Source of the DNA: Eledone cirrhosa
Taxonomy: Eukaryota
DNA length: 64,000 nt
Assembly: GCA_964016885.1 (NCBI GenBank)
Contig: CAXHJY010000639.1
Coordinates: 62,001 to 126,000, forward strand
Reading direction: 5' to 3'
Below are positions 38,408 to 51,640 of this stretch, one piece after another. Made by a program: the position numbers and the translations under genes. Position 1 is the first letter of the stretch; each line of letters begins with the position of its first letter. The notes under the pieces are model-generated. The model worked only from the letters and a program-made list of their open reading frames with translations. It was not told the DNA's origin and made no database searches.

Positions 38408-41400
38408 GTATTGTTGCTGTTGTGTTCCTCTTATGCACATAGTTTCCTTCTGCTATACAGCCCATTTGTACCCACTGCTTTGTATACCATTCTATGGTTT
38501 AGTGACAAAACTTCAAACTGTGACACCAAGAGAGATTTTTTTTTTAATGAACAAAGCTGACTTTATATTTTTACTCATAAATTGTAATTTCTGATTAATT
38601 ACATCTATTATTGATATTAATAAGAGTAATGAAAGGCCAGCATTGATATAATACATGACAAAATATTTGTGGTGTTTAGCTAGGTCTTTTTATGGTCTGA
38701 GTGCAAGTCAGTCATCTATATTAGTACCCTTATAAATATGTGCCCTTATGATAATATTATGAATCATTATTGAAGCTAATAAGCAGTTCATTAAGTCGCA
38801 AGAACTTCAGAAAGTTGATATTAGATTTAAAAAGTAGGGAATTAAAAGTTTCAACAAAGTATCAATTTCTATAATCAATTATAGTGGGGTTAATCAAATA
38901 CTATTTTTAATGAGCTCATCTATTTTTGATTTGTTAAACCACTTGCCAGTTCCCCTTCTTCTGTGGTCACAAATTCACAGAGTAAATTAAAAGTTTATTG
39001 TGAGACTATAAAAAATCCTGTACTTATTTGAAAGCATAAAGTAATAATGATTTTAATTACTTAACATTGCTATAACTTAGTTGTAAACTGTCTATTGTCA
39101 GTGGTATAAATATATTGTATATTTATCAATAATTTGTTTTAACATCATTGCCTCTCTCCTTATGTTCTTTTAGCTGAATTCATTCTGTTGTAAGCATTCA
39201 GGTTAGGTCTACAATCCAAGGATAACTTCCTCCTTACTTTCCACCTGTCTTGGAGGCCCTGACGAAACTATTAAACAAATTTCAAAGTTCAGAAGTTACA
39301 TCTTATTAGTAGTTGTCATTTAAATCTTTCATTGGGGTTTATAAACATTAACACTACTACACTTCATTTCTCTCCGAGTTGTTCATCTGGTCAGCATGTG
39401 TGATTGTCACCATTAGTCAATGGATGACTGTTTCACCAAGATTGCACATCCACCATTCTGCTTCCCATGGTTTCACTTAGTGGCTTCCAATCCTTGGTTG
39501 CTAACCTCTTTATCAAGAGGTTGTTTTATTCAGCCATTGGGCAAAACCCTATATGGGATATTGATGGGTGATGTGATCAAATCAGACATGTCCAAGCATG
39601 CTTGACTATATAGTGAATAATTGCAGCAAAAGGTTTGTTTTCAATTCCCTTAAGTGTAGATAGTTAATGAAATAGAGATCACTTGACATTTTATTTGCTA
39701 ACAAATAGACTCATAATAAGTGTATTTGTATATGAAAGTAAAATGTGACTGATGTAATTTCAATAGATATGTTAGGAATTGCATGTTAAATAGATGATTT
39801 TGTGTATTAAACCAAAATATGTATAATTAGAATGACTTTCATATTGTATATTATTTGAAGCACAACATATGACACTTAGTTTATATGAGCATTGTTAACT
39901 TTATGGAAGAACTAAAGAGGATTTAAAAAAGAATTATGAAATCTAATTTCAATCATAAAGCTAAACTATTCATCTGGAGTATATTGGTACTGCACACATC
40001 AAAATATTGCTACTCTCTTTCAATAATATATTTTATCCCTGGAGATATTTTAACTGTGATGTTAATACTTTCTCATCCAGATTCCATAGTTCCATAGCAT
40101 ATTTAAAATGGCTAAGATTGTGAATCATAAGCAAGTTTGGTGTTTGTTTAAATATTATTTCTAACTAAGACACTATCAGTTGTGCAGGAGTGATTCTGTA
40201 TAACTGACAAACGTACAGTAGTAGACTTGAACCTATCTGTGTTGCCTGTTTACATATAGGTAAAATGAACTAAGAAGGGTTAAGTGTTTTTACAAGAATG
40301 TATTTAAATGTCATTGATAGGGTATGAACCATCGATTGCTTGCATCTATATTACTTTCTTATCTGCAACTCTGACTTCAATCAATTCAATCAATATACAA
40401 GAATATCTAGCTGTATTGAATTTGTGATCCAGTACTGATAATTTAACTGGTTAGTTCCAATCGACATGTCTAAGAACAAGTTTTCAATTGCTGAATACTT
40501 AAAAAAAAAACACAAGTTGAAAATAGTTTGTATTTAGTTACATTTTGGGTTCAAATTCAACCAGGGTCAACTTTACTTAACCTTTTAGTATTGATAAAAT
40601 AATAATAGACTAAATCTCATCTTGAGCCTATGTTGAAAACATATTTTAGGTTTTCTTTGGTGTGACATACTTATTCTTATTTACTCTTACCTTGGCTCAG
40701 TCACAGTTCAAGCTTTTAGTTGTGAAATTCATTGCATCTTTGTATTGTTTAACATGTTCCCTCTTCACATTAGTTAACAATTAGCACATTGTTTGCTGAT
40801 AGTTAGTGAGAAATAATTATGTAGAAACATAGCTGCTATAGTACTCAATATCAGAGGGTTTCAAAACTTTTTCAAGTTTCCTCATAAGAAACCATTCTCA
40901 GTCGTAGCACTCATACAGTATTAAAAAGTATCATTGAAAAAAAAAAGCAATACAAAATAATATGAATAAATTAAATCCATTGATCAATATGAAAGTTAAT
41001 ATTAATGCAAAGAGTATTAAAAGCTTACTAGAAATAATTGTGCATTGAGGAAAACCTGGTATTATTATTTCCCTTTTTCCAGCAAGTATGGGAGACAAAT
41101 CTGGACAATGTTTTGATTTTATTCTGAGCTCCTCGGCAAAGCATTGACTTCACCAGTACTTGCTAAGTAAATATTAACTGAAAAATATAGAATTATGTAG
41201 AAATTAAATAATTCATAGACATCATCTTCAGGGGAAGCTATTAGGTAAGTTAAATTAGTGAACAGGGAAATGACATTTACATGCTTTATTTATTTGTAAA
41301 TGTCAATAAAACTTAGTAGTAATGTGTAATTGAGACAATTTAATTACAGTTTCATCATTTCCACAACATTTCTCAAAACAATATCCAACTTTTTAAAGTT

Positions 41401-43002
41401 TAACTGCCATATATAGTTTTAGATGCTAAAGTTCGTAATTACTTCCCTGATTAGTAAAGACTCAATTTTATGAATTGATAAAATGTAACACACTATACTT
41501 CAATGAGATCTAACATCAACCTTCCATTTCCTTGCATTTTAGCTACCCACACCTGAAAAGCAGTACCATTCACTTTGGGAAGCATTCTTGTAGATGAATC
41601 AATAGAAATGCATTTGATATTCTTGTGCACTTTTAAAAACCTTTTATATAGTTCTTATTTCTGTTTTGTAATACTTTTATACTATAAATGATTTATTGAT
41701 TGCTAATAATATTGATATGTATTGCCTGCTTGTAATTTTCTGTGAACATAAGTATATTTGGAAAATATTATCTTTGCAAATAAGAACTGTTATGATTTTA
41801 AATTGCCTAATCGTTTTTTTTTATTTATTTATTTTTTAATCATTAATATTGTTATTTGCAAACCAAGCAGATCTTAAATTGAAAATCTTCTTTTATAACA
41901 AACCATGGGAAAGCGGGTGTAAAACGATGATGATGATTATGATGAATTATATATTTACTTATATAGTTATGACTAGTATACAAAGTTATGTCCCTTGTGA
42001 CAGATTTGTTTCCCTTGAAAGTATTTGTCAGCCTCATTATTGCGATTATAAATCATCATCATTATCTTAACGTTCATTTTTCCATGCTGGCATGAATTGG
42101 AAGTGGTCTGGTTATAAAATATTCAAATTTTACAATATGAGATACAGAAATGATTGATATACAGGGCCAAATCATCAAGTAATGCAAGCTGGGAAAATAT
42201 TACAGAGAGTAGTGAGCCAGACTGGACACATTATGGTGTCTAGATCAATGCTTCATGTATCTAAGTTCAAATACCACTGTAGCTTCGGTTTATTTTTCAT
42301 TGTCGAATGTACTCCTCCAACTAATAGTTATACCTAAAATGGAAATGATTAATGTGTGTATTATTATGGGTACTATTGTGTATTATAGTGGGCGTGGTGG
42401 TAATTTTTTTCTAGTGTATAACTGTGGTCCTCTTTTAATCTCTAAATGGAATCATTTCTTTTATGACTCTAATGTTGTTGGGTGAGACATGGATGTTACA
42501 AATTCCTATTTCTGCTTCTCTTTTAATTCAGAGCTTTCTTCTGTTATTAATTAACTTATTTATTTCTCATAGTCTATGGTTCTCTGTAGAAATAATGTGG
42601 TGAATCCTGTCTTTGAAATATCGGGGAGAGCTTTTGCAGAGCAGTAGGTATTGATATGAATGACTATATGTCATGTTTGATACTGGGTATAGAGAGAACA
42701 TAATTCTAAAGACCATAGTTTTCATAGAAGTAAGAGATTTTACCATATGTACAAATAAGAGATTTTCACACATGAACATTTTTCAGTAAAAATGTTGGGG
42801 ATGTTGAATTGTTTTTTATTTTTTTTTAAATAAGTACAATATTGTCTTTGATTTTAATATTTATATTACATAAATTGGTTATATATATATATGCTTTTTA
42901 TATGTTTACTACCATTTTTTTCTCATCTGGTATATGTGGTGGGTTCTGTAAATATACATATTTTTCTCTGTTAGTATTTCTTGATAATTTTTTTTATTTC
43001 AG

Positions 43003-43098
43003 CTAGTCAAATTACGGATAATAAAGAGGATTCAGTTCGATCTTTGGTCAAAGATCGTATCCATTCTTGGGGAGGAGGACATTATTATAAAGATGAGG
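43003..43098 (+). CDS. WIP candidate cassette exon E (32 codons, phase 1-1)
   Basis: Acceptor ttttttttatttcAG. Frame (A)SQITDNKEDSVRSLVKDRIHSWGGGHYYKDE. Donor G|GTATAT. Length 96 nt = 3n. Its motif is shared with the end of exon D. Confidence 0.75.
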
Positions 43099-45961
43099 GT
43101 ATATCCGACTTTATCTTCAAAAGCTTTGATGTGTTGGTAGCAGTCATCACAACAACTAGTTAGCAGCACCTGCATGTATATATGTTCAGTTAAATATGTC
43201 TGTCACTGAATATTGCAACAGTTTTACCCACTATTTGGTTCTACTTCCTTTTAAGTTAAACTATGTATATACTTACTTAGTAATGGTGTTTCCTGAAGAT
43301 GTCATATGCACTATAGTAATTAACAAAACTTTGATTCAGTATAAATATTCTAAAGAACTTCTATTTAAATAAAATACTTAAGAGAAGACTATCAATAAAT
43401 GCACTCGTTGAATGACCTGTAGTTGATTCTCCAATATGGAATGTTAGTGGAGATATCAGTTGCACAGGATCAAATATATATATGGCTTGCAAATCGTTAG
43501 CTAAGTTATAGGTATAAATGATTTAGAGGTTAATATTACAGTTGCTAATTATCCAAGTTAGATATAAATTGTTAAGCTTTTACTAACCTTATGTCATAAA
43601 CTCATGTTCCTATAAAAATATAGAAATATATAACTATTAAACTATTATTCACTGAGAACAAACTCTTTCATACAAGTAGGAACGGTTTTCTTCAAGCGAA
43701 AAACTCATATGTTTGTGATGAGTTTATATAACTGTGCTTAAATGACTGAATAGGAGAATAGGAATTTATAGAACATTCTCATGTGTTTATTTGAGTTAAT
43801 ATCATTTTAAATGTTTAAACAAACATTAAACCAATTAAACCATGTGGTATTAAATATATTTAAAGATTTTAATCTTTGATTTATGCAATATGTTTAAATA
43901 TTCATCTTAATATTCTTCACAATTCAAGCTAGTTGGCATCATAATCCATGCATGTTATCAAACTACTTTGGTTTGAAAATAGTACCTGCATCAATTATTC
44001 AATATATATGTAGTTTTGTTGGGGTTTTTTGCAGAGTTTTTCTTTAAAATATTTTCATTAACACATAAACATTATGATAAGGAATCACTGAAGCAATATA
44101 TTTCTATTTTATCTATAGTTTATGAAACCCCATGTATTAAGATAAGAACTTATCATTTAATCTTTAGCGAGCTTCAGGCATCTATGTCACCAATAGAGTA
44201 ATCTCCCCATAATACATAATGCAATGTCAAGGGAAAAAATTCATAAAAAAATTCAGTGGGCTAAAGGTTAAAAACACTAATGCTGAATTATAGAAGTCAG
44301 GAAATGAAAGCAAAAACATTATTTTTGTTCTATTTTTATACGTAATTCCTGTTTTGTTCCTTTTTTCTGTTGTCATAGGTTCTTGTGTACCCTCATTTGT
44401 TATCAATATATTTACTGGTTTTATTTATTGTTATCTGTTTTTATTTATTATTTTTGTCACAGTGATAATATTGAGCACTACGTAGTTGTGTATACACAAA
44501 AGCACACACACTCACATATATATATATGCATATATATTATATATATCATCATCATCGTTTAACGTCCATTTAAACGATGATGATGATATTTTTTTCTTTA
44601 TTTTGGTGTGATAAATTTACTTTTCTCTCCCTAATTTAGTAATTAATTTTATTTTATTTTCAGTAAATTGCATGTTTATTAAATATGAATTCTAATGTTT
44701 ATTCTTGCTGATTTTTATATCCCAAGAAAAAAATATAACATTTTCATTCAAATTAAAAATATATTTGTTGGTGGTGGTTGTGTGTGTGTGTGTGTGTGTG
44801 GTGGTGGGGGGGGGGTATTGAATATTTGGAAAGTGATTTTATAACTTTCTTTCAATTTTTCAGTGGTTTTGTTAATGCCTTTTGTAATACCATAGACATT
44901 GCAACATGTTTGTTCTTTTCTGTATAGCAACATCACATCATCATCATTACTTCATTTGATGAATTTTCATTACATACTTTGACTGTACAGCTCTGCATAC
45001 CATGCTTTGTTTTGTTTTTGTGCTTATGTTTTTCTATTGTATTGGAAGTACTCTATGTAATATGTATAGAGTGTTGGACCAGTGTTGTTTTCTCTAAACA
45101 TTCCATCATCATCATCATCATGATCCCATCATCATCATTTATTTGGAGCTGTGTGTGATTGTGTATATACTCTATAATTTGTCCACAATTTGTTTCTCTC
45201 AATGATCAATAACTGAGTCATTATGATTTCATAAATCATTTAGCAGGTATTGGTTACCTTTATGTAATCACTTGTATGTTAAACTATTGACTGTGTGCTA
45301 AACTGTTGACTTAGTTCTTTATTTTGGCAGATTAACTACATCACATATTGATATTTGTACTTAATGTGATTTACAACTATCTGAAGATTAATCAAGTGCT
45401 TTCACAATCTACTGCTTTCAGTAGATAGTTAGTAAATAAAAATTCAACCTATGAGAATCACATTCAACAATTTTCAGTTTGTTGTTACCAAGGAAACTGT
45501 AATGTGTTGGGAAAGGGTATTCTTATAACTGTTGTTGTTGTGTAACCCCAGGTCAGTTCAGATGAAACAGACATGATCAAAGGCATTCCACCTGTAATTA
45601 TGTCTATATTTATATCAGAGACTACATTATTCAATGTATCCTGATTTTTATTAAAGCCAGTGAGATACAATTTAAAGAAGATTTGGTTGCTGTTTCTAGT
45701 AGATTCAGCAACTATGCTTTCTTGTTAGATTATGTCCTATGTTTATAATATAGTTATTTTATTGAGTAAAAAAAAATTGGCAGGCTACAAACTGTAGAGG
45801 AAACTGTGTTGTAGATAAAAATTGTGCAGAAGCACATCATGATGATATGCATTACTGAGTTGGTTCTGGGTTCAGTTTTGATGCATGGCACCTTGAGCAA
45901 GTATGCTCTACTCTAACTTCAGATTGAATTTGGTAGATGAAAACTACCAAAGCCCGTCATT

Positions 45962-45994
<33 letters not shown>

Positions 45995-47094
45995 CTCTCT
46001 CTCTCTGTCTGTGTTTATGTCCCATAACTTAGCAGTTCAACAAAAAATAAATTGATAGAATAAGTATCAGACTTTAAAAAATAAGTACTATGATCATGAA
46101 GATGGTTCCCCAGTATTACCATTGTCTAATGATTGAAACTTTTATCATCATCATTTTACACTAGATGGATCTTCCCCTGCAAAATCTGTTTCCAATTATT
46201 GCATTTATTTTTTCATCCCCTCTGTATCTGTAAAAGAATAAAAGAATTTAATCAATCCCAGAATATTACTGGTATATATTTTATCCACTGCAGATAGTTA
46301 GAGTCAAGTTGACCTATATATGATTTTGAATCCAGTACATAGGATATATTGAAATACTCACAAGGCATTTCATCTGTTACACTGTTCTTTCTACCACTCC
46401 ACTGCACTATGTTTAACAAAGACAATGAAGATATCATTAGTTGTGTTAAAATATTCATGCTTCAGAAACAGGAAAGATATCAGTTTAATTTGAAAAACTA
46501 TTCAAGGTATTGATAATCAAATTAAAAAAATTTCTTTATATATCTTCATTTTACAACACAAGTAAATTACATAGCCACATATCAAATTACTGGTCATCTA
46601 ATCCTTGCTAGCAGGGAAAACATACATTAAATGATGATGTATGTATGAATTGTTTGATTATATATAATCAATGGATGGATGAATTCATTTGGTTTCAAGT
46701 AGGGTAGTTGTGATATTCATTCCTTTTTCAAATGAAGTGATATAGCTACTATTGGTAATTATAAATCCATTCAGTAATTCAACCTGCTATAAATAGTAAC
46801 CAAATCTTCATAAAATCACATCTTTCTGTATTAATATAGAAAAGACACATTAGATGATGATGTCCAAGTCACCTGAAAAAGAAGACAACATAATAATGGC
46901 TGGAACATATTTGATCATAGGTCTTCTCAGTCATGGCTGACCTGGGTCTGTACAACAAATTCACCTTTACCACACTAACATTACATACCATCTCTATATA
47001 ATAACCATTACAAAAGTACACAGATAACAAGCATTGTTAGCTGCCTATATACATTGTTTTGACCTGTTAGAAAAAGCAATCAAATATACTTTAA

Positions 47095-47302
47095 CCCTTT
47101 AGCATTTAAACCGGCTGTATTCGGCCAGAACTCTCTCACCTCTTTCTGTTCACACCAGCTGTAACCAGCCACCCATACTGATGTTAAGGTATTGTTCTCA
47201 AAATAAATAATATCAAAATCTCATAGATTCAATATTATGTGAGATAAAGCCATTACCATGAAAATACTATAGTAAATATAGAGTAATGTAAATGCCAAAG
47301 GG
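47095..47302 (-). mobile_element. piggyBac-type MITE (inverted orientation), nested in a family-3 repeat
   Basis: TTAA at 47091-47094 and 47303-47306. TIRs CCCTTTAGCATTTA / TAAATGCCAAAGGG. The flanks join into one family-3 copy (47060-47430). Confidence 0.9.
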
Positions 47303-48454
47303 TTAAATAACATCCTACCATCTTATAAAAGAAAGCACACAATAGATAATGTAGTACTAGATATACTTTGTTTGAATAAAAGATGGAATAGTCATGGCTG
47401 GATCAAGGCTGACCTGAGGCTCAACAACAGCAGCCAGATTGTAGATTCAATTTACTGTGTCTTCTCAATGCTTGCTTTAAAACACATTTTTATTTTGTCA
47501 AAGGCATGAACATCACATAATATTATTTACCTCACTAATTACAAATGTGACATGTACTGTATTATACAGGGGCTGCAACCTGATTTGGATTCTTAGTTGA
47601 AAGCATTTCAACTTTCACTGACAGTAAATAGTTATGATTGTTACAAAATTCTATGTTTCTCTTGTACTTAGTGAAAAAAACCCAATATCTGTTATCGAAA
47701 AATAAAAAAATTTAGTTGTAGAAACTGGAGGTTGATCAAAAATGAATTAATGTGGAAGTTATTCTAAAACTAATTAATAGTAGAATATTATGTTTAAACA
47801 TCAATATTATCAAGTCAATTTAAGAGCTATGTATTTGCTAGAAATAGCAGCTAAATCTCAACTCAAATCACATGCTAACAGCATCTTAAACAAGGTAGAA
47901 CACATTGGATAATGTAGTCCTATATACTGCTAAAAAGATGGGATGATCATGACTGGAGTGTCTTTGATTATAGGTCTACTGACTTAAGGCTAAACAACAA
48001 CACTTAAAATCAAGCCTGGAGCCTAATCAGGCTGGTGTTTATCCTGATTTCATTGATGTTAAACAACTGAGAGCGCAAGATTCAACGTGGGCAGGATGCC
48101 AGTCCATCACAGGTTTAACTCCCAGCTTCTGCTAATGATAATGTTGTTTATACACACATTTTATTATTCATTACTAGTGGTAAAATGTGTGTATAAAACC
48201 AACAAACTACCTGCATCAGTTGTTAGCTGTTGGGACACTGCATCCTTCAAAACTTCCATGCTTCCCAAAATTCACCAACACTAGACCTGATATTCCCCCT
48301 ACATACACACGCACGCATGTGTGTGTCTATCATGACTCATACACTGTTCACTTTCATGACATTTGTACATTATTCTATGTACTATACATGCACCTTTGAT
48401 GAGTTGTAGTGCATCTGAGCACTGTCCACAATCATTTTCATTATGTTATATTAT

Positions 48455-48868
48455 TGACCTTGCCTAATTGCACCTCTCAAAGGTGATGGCACAGGACCGA
48501 GACTTCTGGCATTATGCAGTAATACAGAAGACCCAACTTCCCACGGGTACAAACCGAAGCTGAAGCATATAGACAGTATGACTCCACCCCGCTCCCACTG
48601 TAAAGTGGCCGTGTAGGTGTCATCACAAAAAGGCACCCAGTCCACACTGTAGAGTGGTTGTGTAGGTGCCATGGTGAAAAAGCACCCAGTACTCACTGTA
48701 AATGAGGTTGGTGTTAGGAAGGGCATCCAGCTGTAGAAATCAAGCCAAAATCAGTTCTGTATGAGCAAGACATGGTCACCTGACCTGGCATTGCCCACAA
48801 CAGGACAAGCTGTCTAACCCATGCTAATGTGGAAGAATGGACGTAAAACAGTGATGATGATGATGATA
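48455..48868 (+). mobile_element. RTE extreme 3' end + UTR + (GAT)n tail
   Basis: Colinear with 28220-28626. Confidence 0.85.
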
Positions 48869-49539
48869 TTAAATCAACTTGTGTTACAAATGTAATTATC
48901 AAAATTTCTGCTAATCAAAATATTGGCACAGTGGGTCATAAATTCAAAACTTATTTACTCAACATTGTTTTGTACCCTTAGGCAAGGTATAGCATATTAT
49001 GTTTCTTTATCTCTTAATCTCTCATCTTATTTCATGGAAGAATAAATATATAACTATAGAAATATGCAAATATCGAAATTTGCATAAACAATAATTGCAT
49101 GAAATATTGTGATGGCAATGTATTTGTTTTGCAAGGTTTTTGATATGAAATCGTGTAAATATTGTATGTTAAAAAAAAAGGTGTGGAAAACATTAGGAAA
49201 CATGTTATAAAACGGTTGTGTTTAAATTTCTAAAGAAAAAAAAAACCTTCCAATACAGAAACAGATTTAAATGTCAAGAAAGCAGTGTTGAACCTGAGTA
49301 AGAAGTGCTTTTTTTTCAAATTGCTGAAAACAGAAGCAGTAGCAGTTGCAGCTGAGGCTGCAACCCCAGTAATGGTTCATTTTTGTGTGTCTTTCTGCCT
49401 TATTTATTATATTGAGAATTCTAGCCAAATTGTATATAATAAATCAATAAAATTTTTGTTTTGCATTGAATTATTAGAGTTCTGATAGCTAGTAGAGAAT
49501 AAGGATTAGTTTACAATATAATGTTGTGTGTGAGAGAGA

Positions 49540-50215
49540 TCATGATGTTTACGGCTGCTTTTTCCTGTTTGCATGGGTTTAACAAGTCCTCTTCAAAACT
49601 GTCCTTCTACTTGTGTTGCTTTGTCATCTCATTTGTGAGGTTCAACATCATAAGATCAGCCTTTATTCCACTTGGAACTCCTAGAGCATTTTTGCCCAAC
49701 TGTCATCATTCATATACATTACGTTTATACTAGCACAGTCTTCTTTTCTTTGCAAATAACACCCGATTCCGCTTTTGCCCAATTTTTCTCTTGACTCATC
49801 TGTACTTCGTCATTCATACACACTAATGTTATACAGCCAGTGGAGCATGCTTACTTCATTTCTTTCACACATCATCTGCATTCAATGTCCATGTCTTACT
49901 ACCACACAGCATTGCACTACATACACAGACATCATAGAATCTCCCTTTCATTCAGATAGAGATTCCCTTTATATCTGCAGAAGTATCAGCTTGCTTTACC
50001 TTTTCGACCCTATTCTTATTCTACCTATTATGCTTCCAGTACACCCTCTCCCACTGCTAATTAGGTCACTTTGGTAACATAAGCTATCAACTACTTCTAT
50101 GGTGCCTTCTGAGCATTGGAAATATATTATTTTACTGGTGCTTGTACTCTGACTATCCTGTGCATCTGCCACATAGAAAATCTACCTTCTCTGTTAGCCT
50201 GCCTGCAATTCCACT
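49540..50215 (-). mobile_element. Old degraded RTE LINE 3' fragment
   Basis: The reverse strand resembles 27640-28270 (e.g. GACCTAATTAGCAGTGGGAGAGGGTGT, AATAAGAATAGGGT, CAATGCTGTGTGGTAGTAAGACATGG). Tail at ~49540-49580. Confidence 0.7.
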
Positions 50216-51252
50216 ACATATGTTGTGTACTCACTCATATTTATTGATTTATTGAGGATGATATGTATATTGTCCAAGCAATGAAAAACAAAAGCACATA
50301 AAAATGATGGTGGTAGTAGTGTTGATGATGATAATGTAGTAGTTTCCATAAGCAAACAACTCAACAAAGTTGTTAGTTCCTGTTACTGTTGAGTTGTTCT
50401 GTTAGTGAAATGTCACTTGTCAACTGCAAACCTCCCTGCCTTATCAACTAACAGCTGGGTGTTGACAGGTGACAATTGCCAACTATAATTAAAACTGTTA
50501 TTTCACAGTTATGGTATGTGTGTGTGCATGTATGAGGTATCATCACCATTGTCCGTATCATCATCATTTGTCAATATAATCTGTTACATTATGTAGAAGT
50601 GTCAACCTTTTTGCAGTGTTAGTCATATACATATATATCCTCATTATCATTGTTTTACAGCTGTTTTTCCATGCTTGCATGTGTGTAATTATACATACAT
50701 GTGTCTGTGTGTAAACATACGTATATATTCATTTATCATCATCATTTTACATCCAATTTTCATATTAGCAATGGGTTTGATGGGTGCCATAAACCAAACC
50801 AGTACTTAATTAGCATTACTATCCTCCTAAGTGGGTCAGCGGACCACATTTTGCTCAGACACATTCTTTTTTTTACATGGTTTTTACAGCTGGATGCCAT
50901 AGTGTATCAGGTGTTTTTCATTGTGGCATCATCACTAGGGAGATTATCATGACCATTGTGTAACTAAAGAATCTTCTCTGTCCCTTTTTTGGGGTGGTAG
51001 GCATGGGTGCACTTCGTAACGTCATCTTATTGTTTGAATGTCAACCATTTTATAGAGTGTATTGAGTACATTTTATAATGACACCAACACCAAGGCAAAC
51101 AGGATCCAAAGTGAAAACAGAAGGTAGGTTTAAGGGGAACAGAGATGTATGACAAGTGTGGTGGGGTAAACACTGATGGAATCATGGAAGGGAGTAATGA
51201 AGAAAATAAGGAGTGGCTTTATGAGGGATTACTGGTAGGAGGTTGAATAGGC

Positions 51253-51640
51253 ATCATCATCACCATTTAACGTCCATTGTTCCACTCTAGCATGAGTTAG
51301 ATGGGTTGTCCCGTTGTAAATCAAGCCAGAACAGGTGACCATGTATTGCTCATACAGAACTATTTCTGACTTGGCTTCTACAACTTGATGCCCTTCCTAA
51401 TGCCACCCACATTTACAGTGTGGACTGGTTGCTTTTTGTCATGTCACCAACACGACCACTTTACAGTGTGGACTGGGTGCTTTTTTCGTGGCACCAAAAC
51501 AATCATTTTAGTGTGGACTGGGCGCTTTTTGATATGGCACCAAAACGACCACTTTATAATGTGAATTCGAACACTTGCACTTTAAAGTGTGAACTGGATG
51601 CTTTTTGTCATGCTACAGAGTGGACTGGGCGCTTTTATCT
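51253..51640 (-). mobile_element. RTE-tail/SINE-like repeat with tandem CACTTTACAGTGTGGACTGG units
   Basis: (CAT)n start, shared tail, and 4-5 diverged ~40-bp repeats like those in the RTE 3' UTRs. Confidence 0.7.

Noticed and set aside
44379-44417. Possible sixth 39-nt cassette (GSCVPSFVINIFT)
   Set aside because: The acceptor is good, but the donor GTTTTA is very poor, the composition is intron-like, and it lacks the shared terminal motif.
51400-51640. Regularly spaced ~40-bp repeats superficially like a CRISPR array
   Set aside because: The context is eukaryotic, and the units are diverged tandem copies of an RTE/SINE 3' UTR motif with no unique spacers or cas genes.
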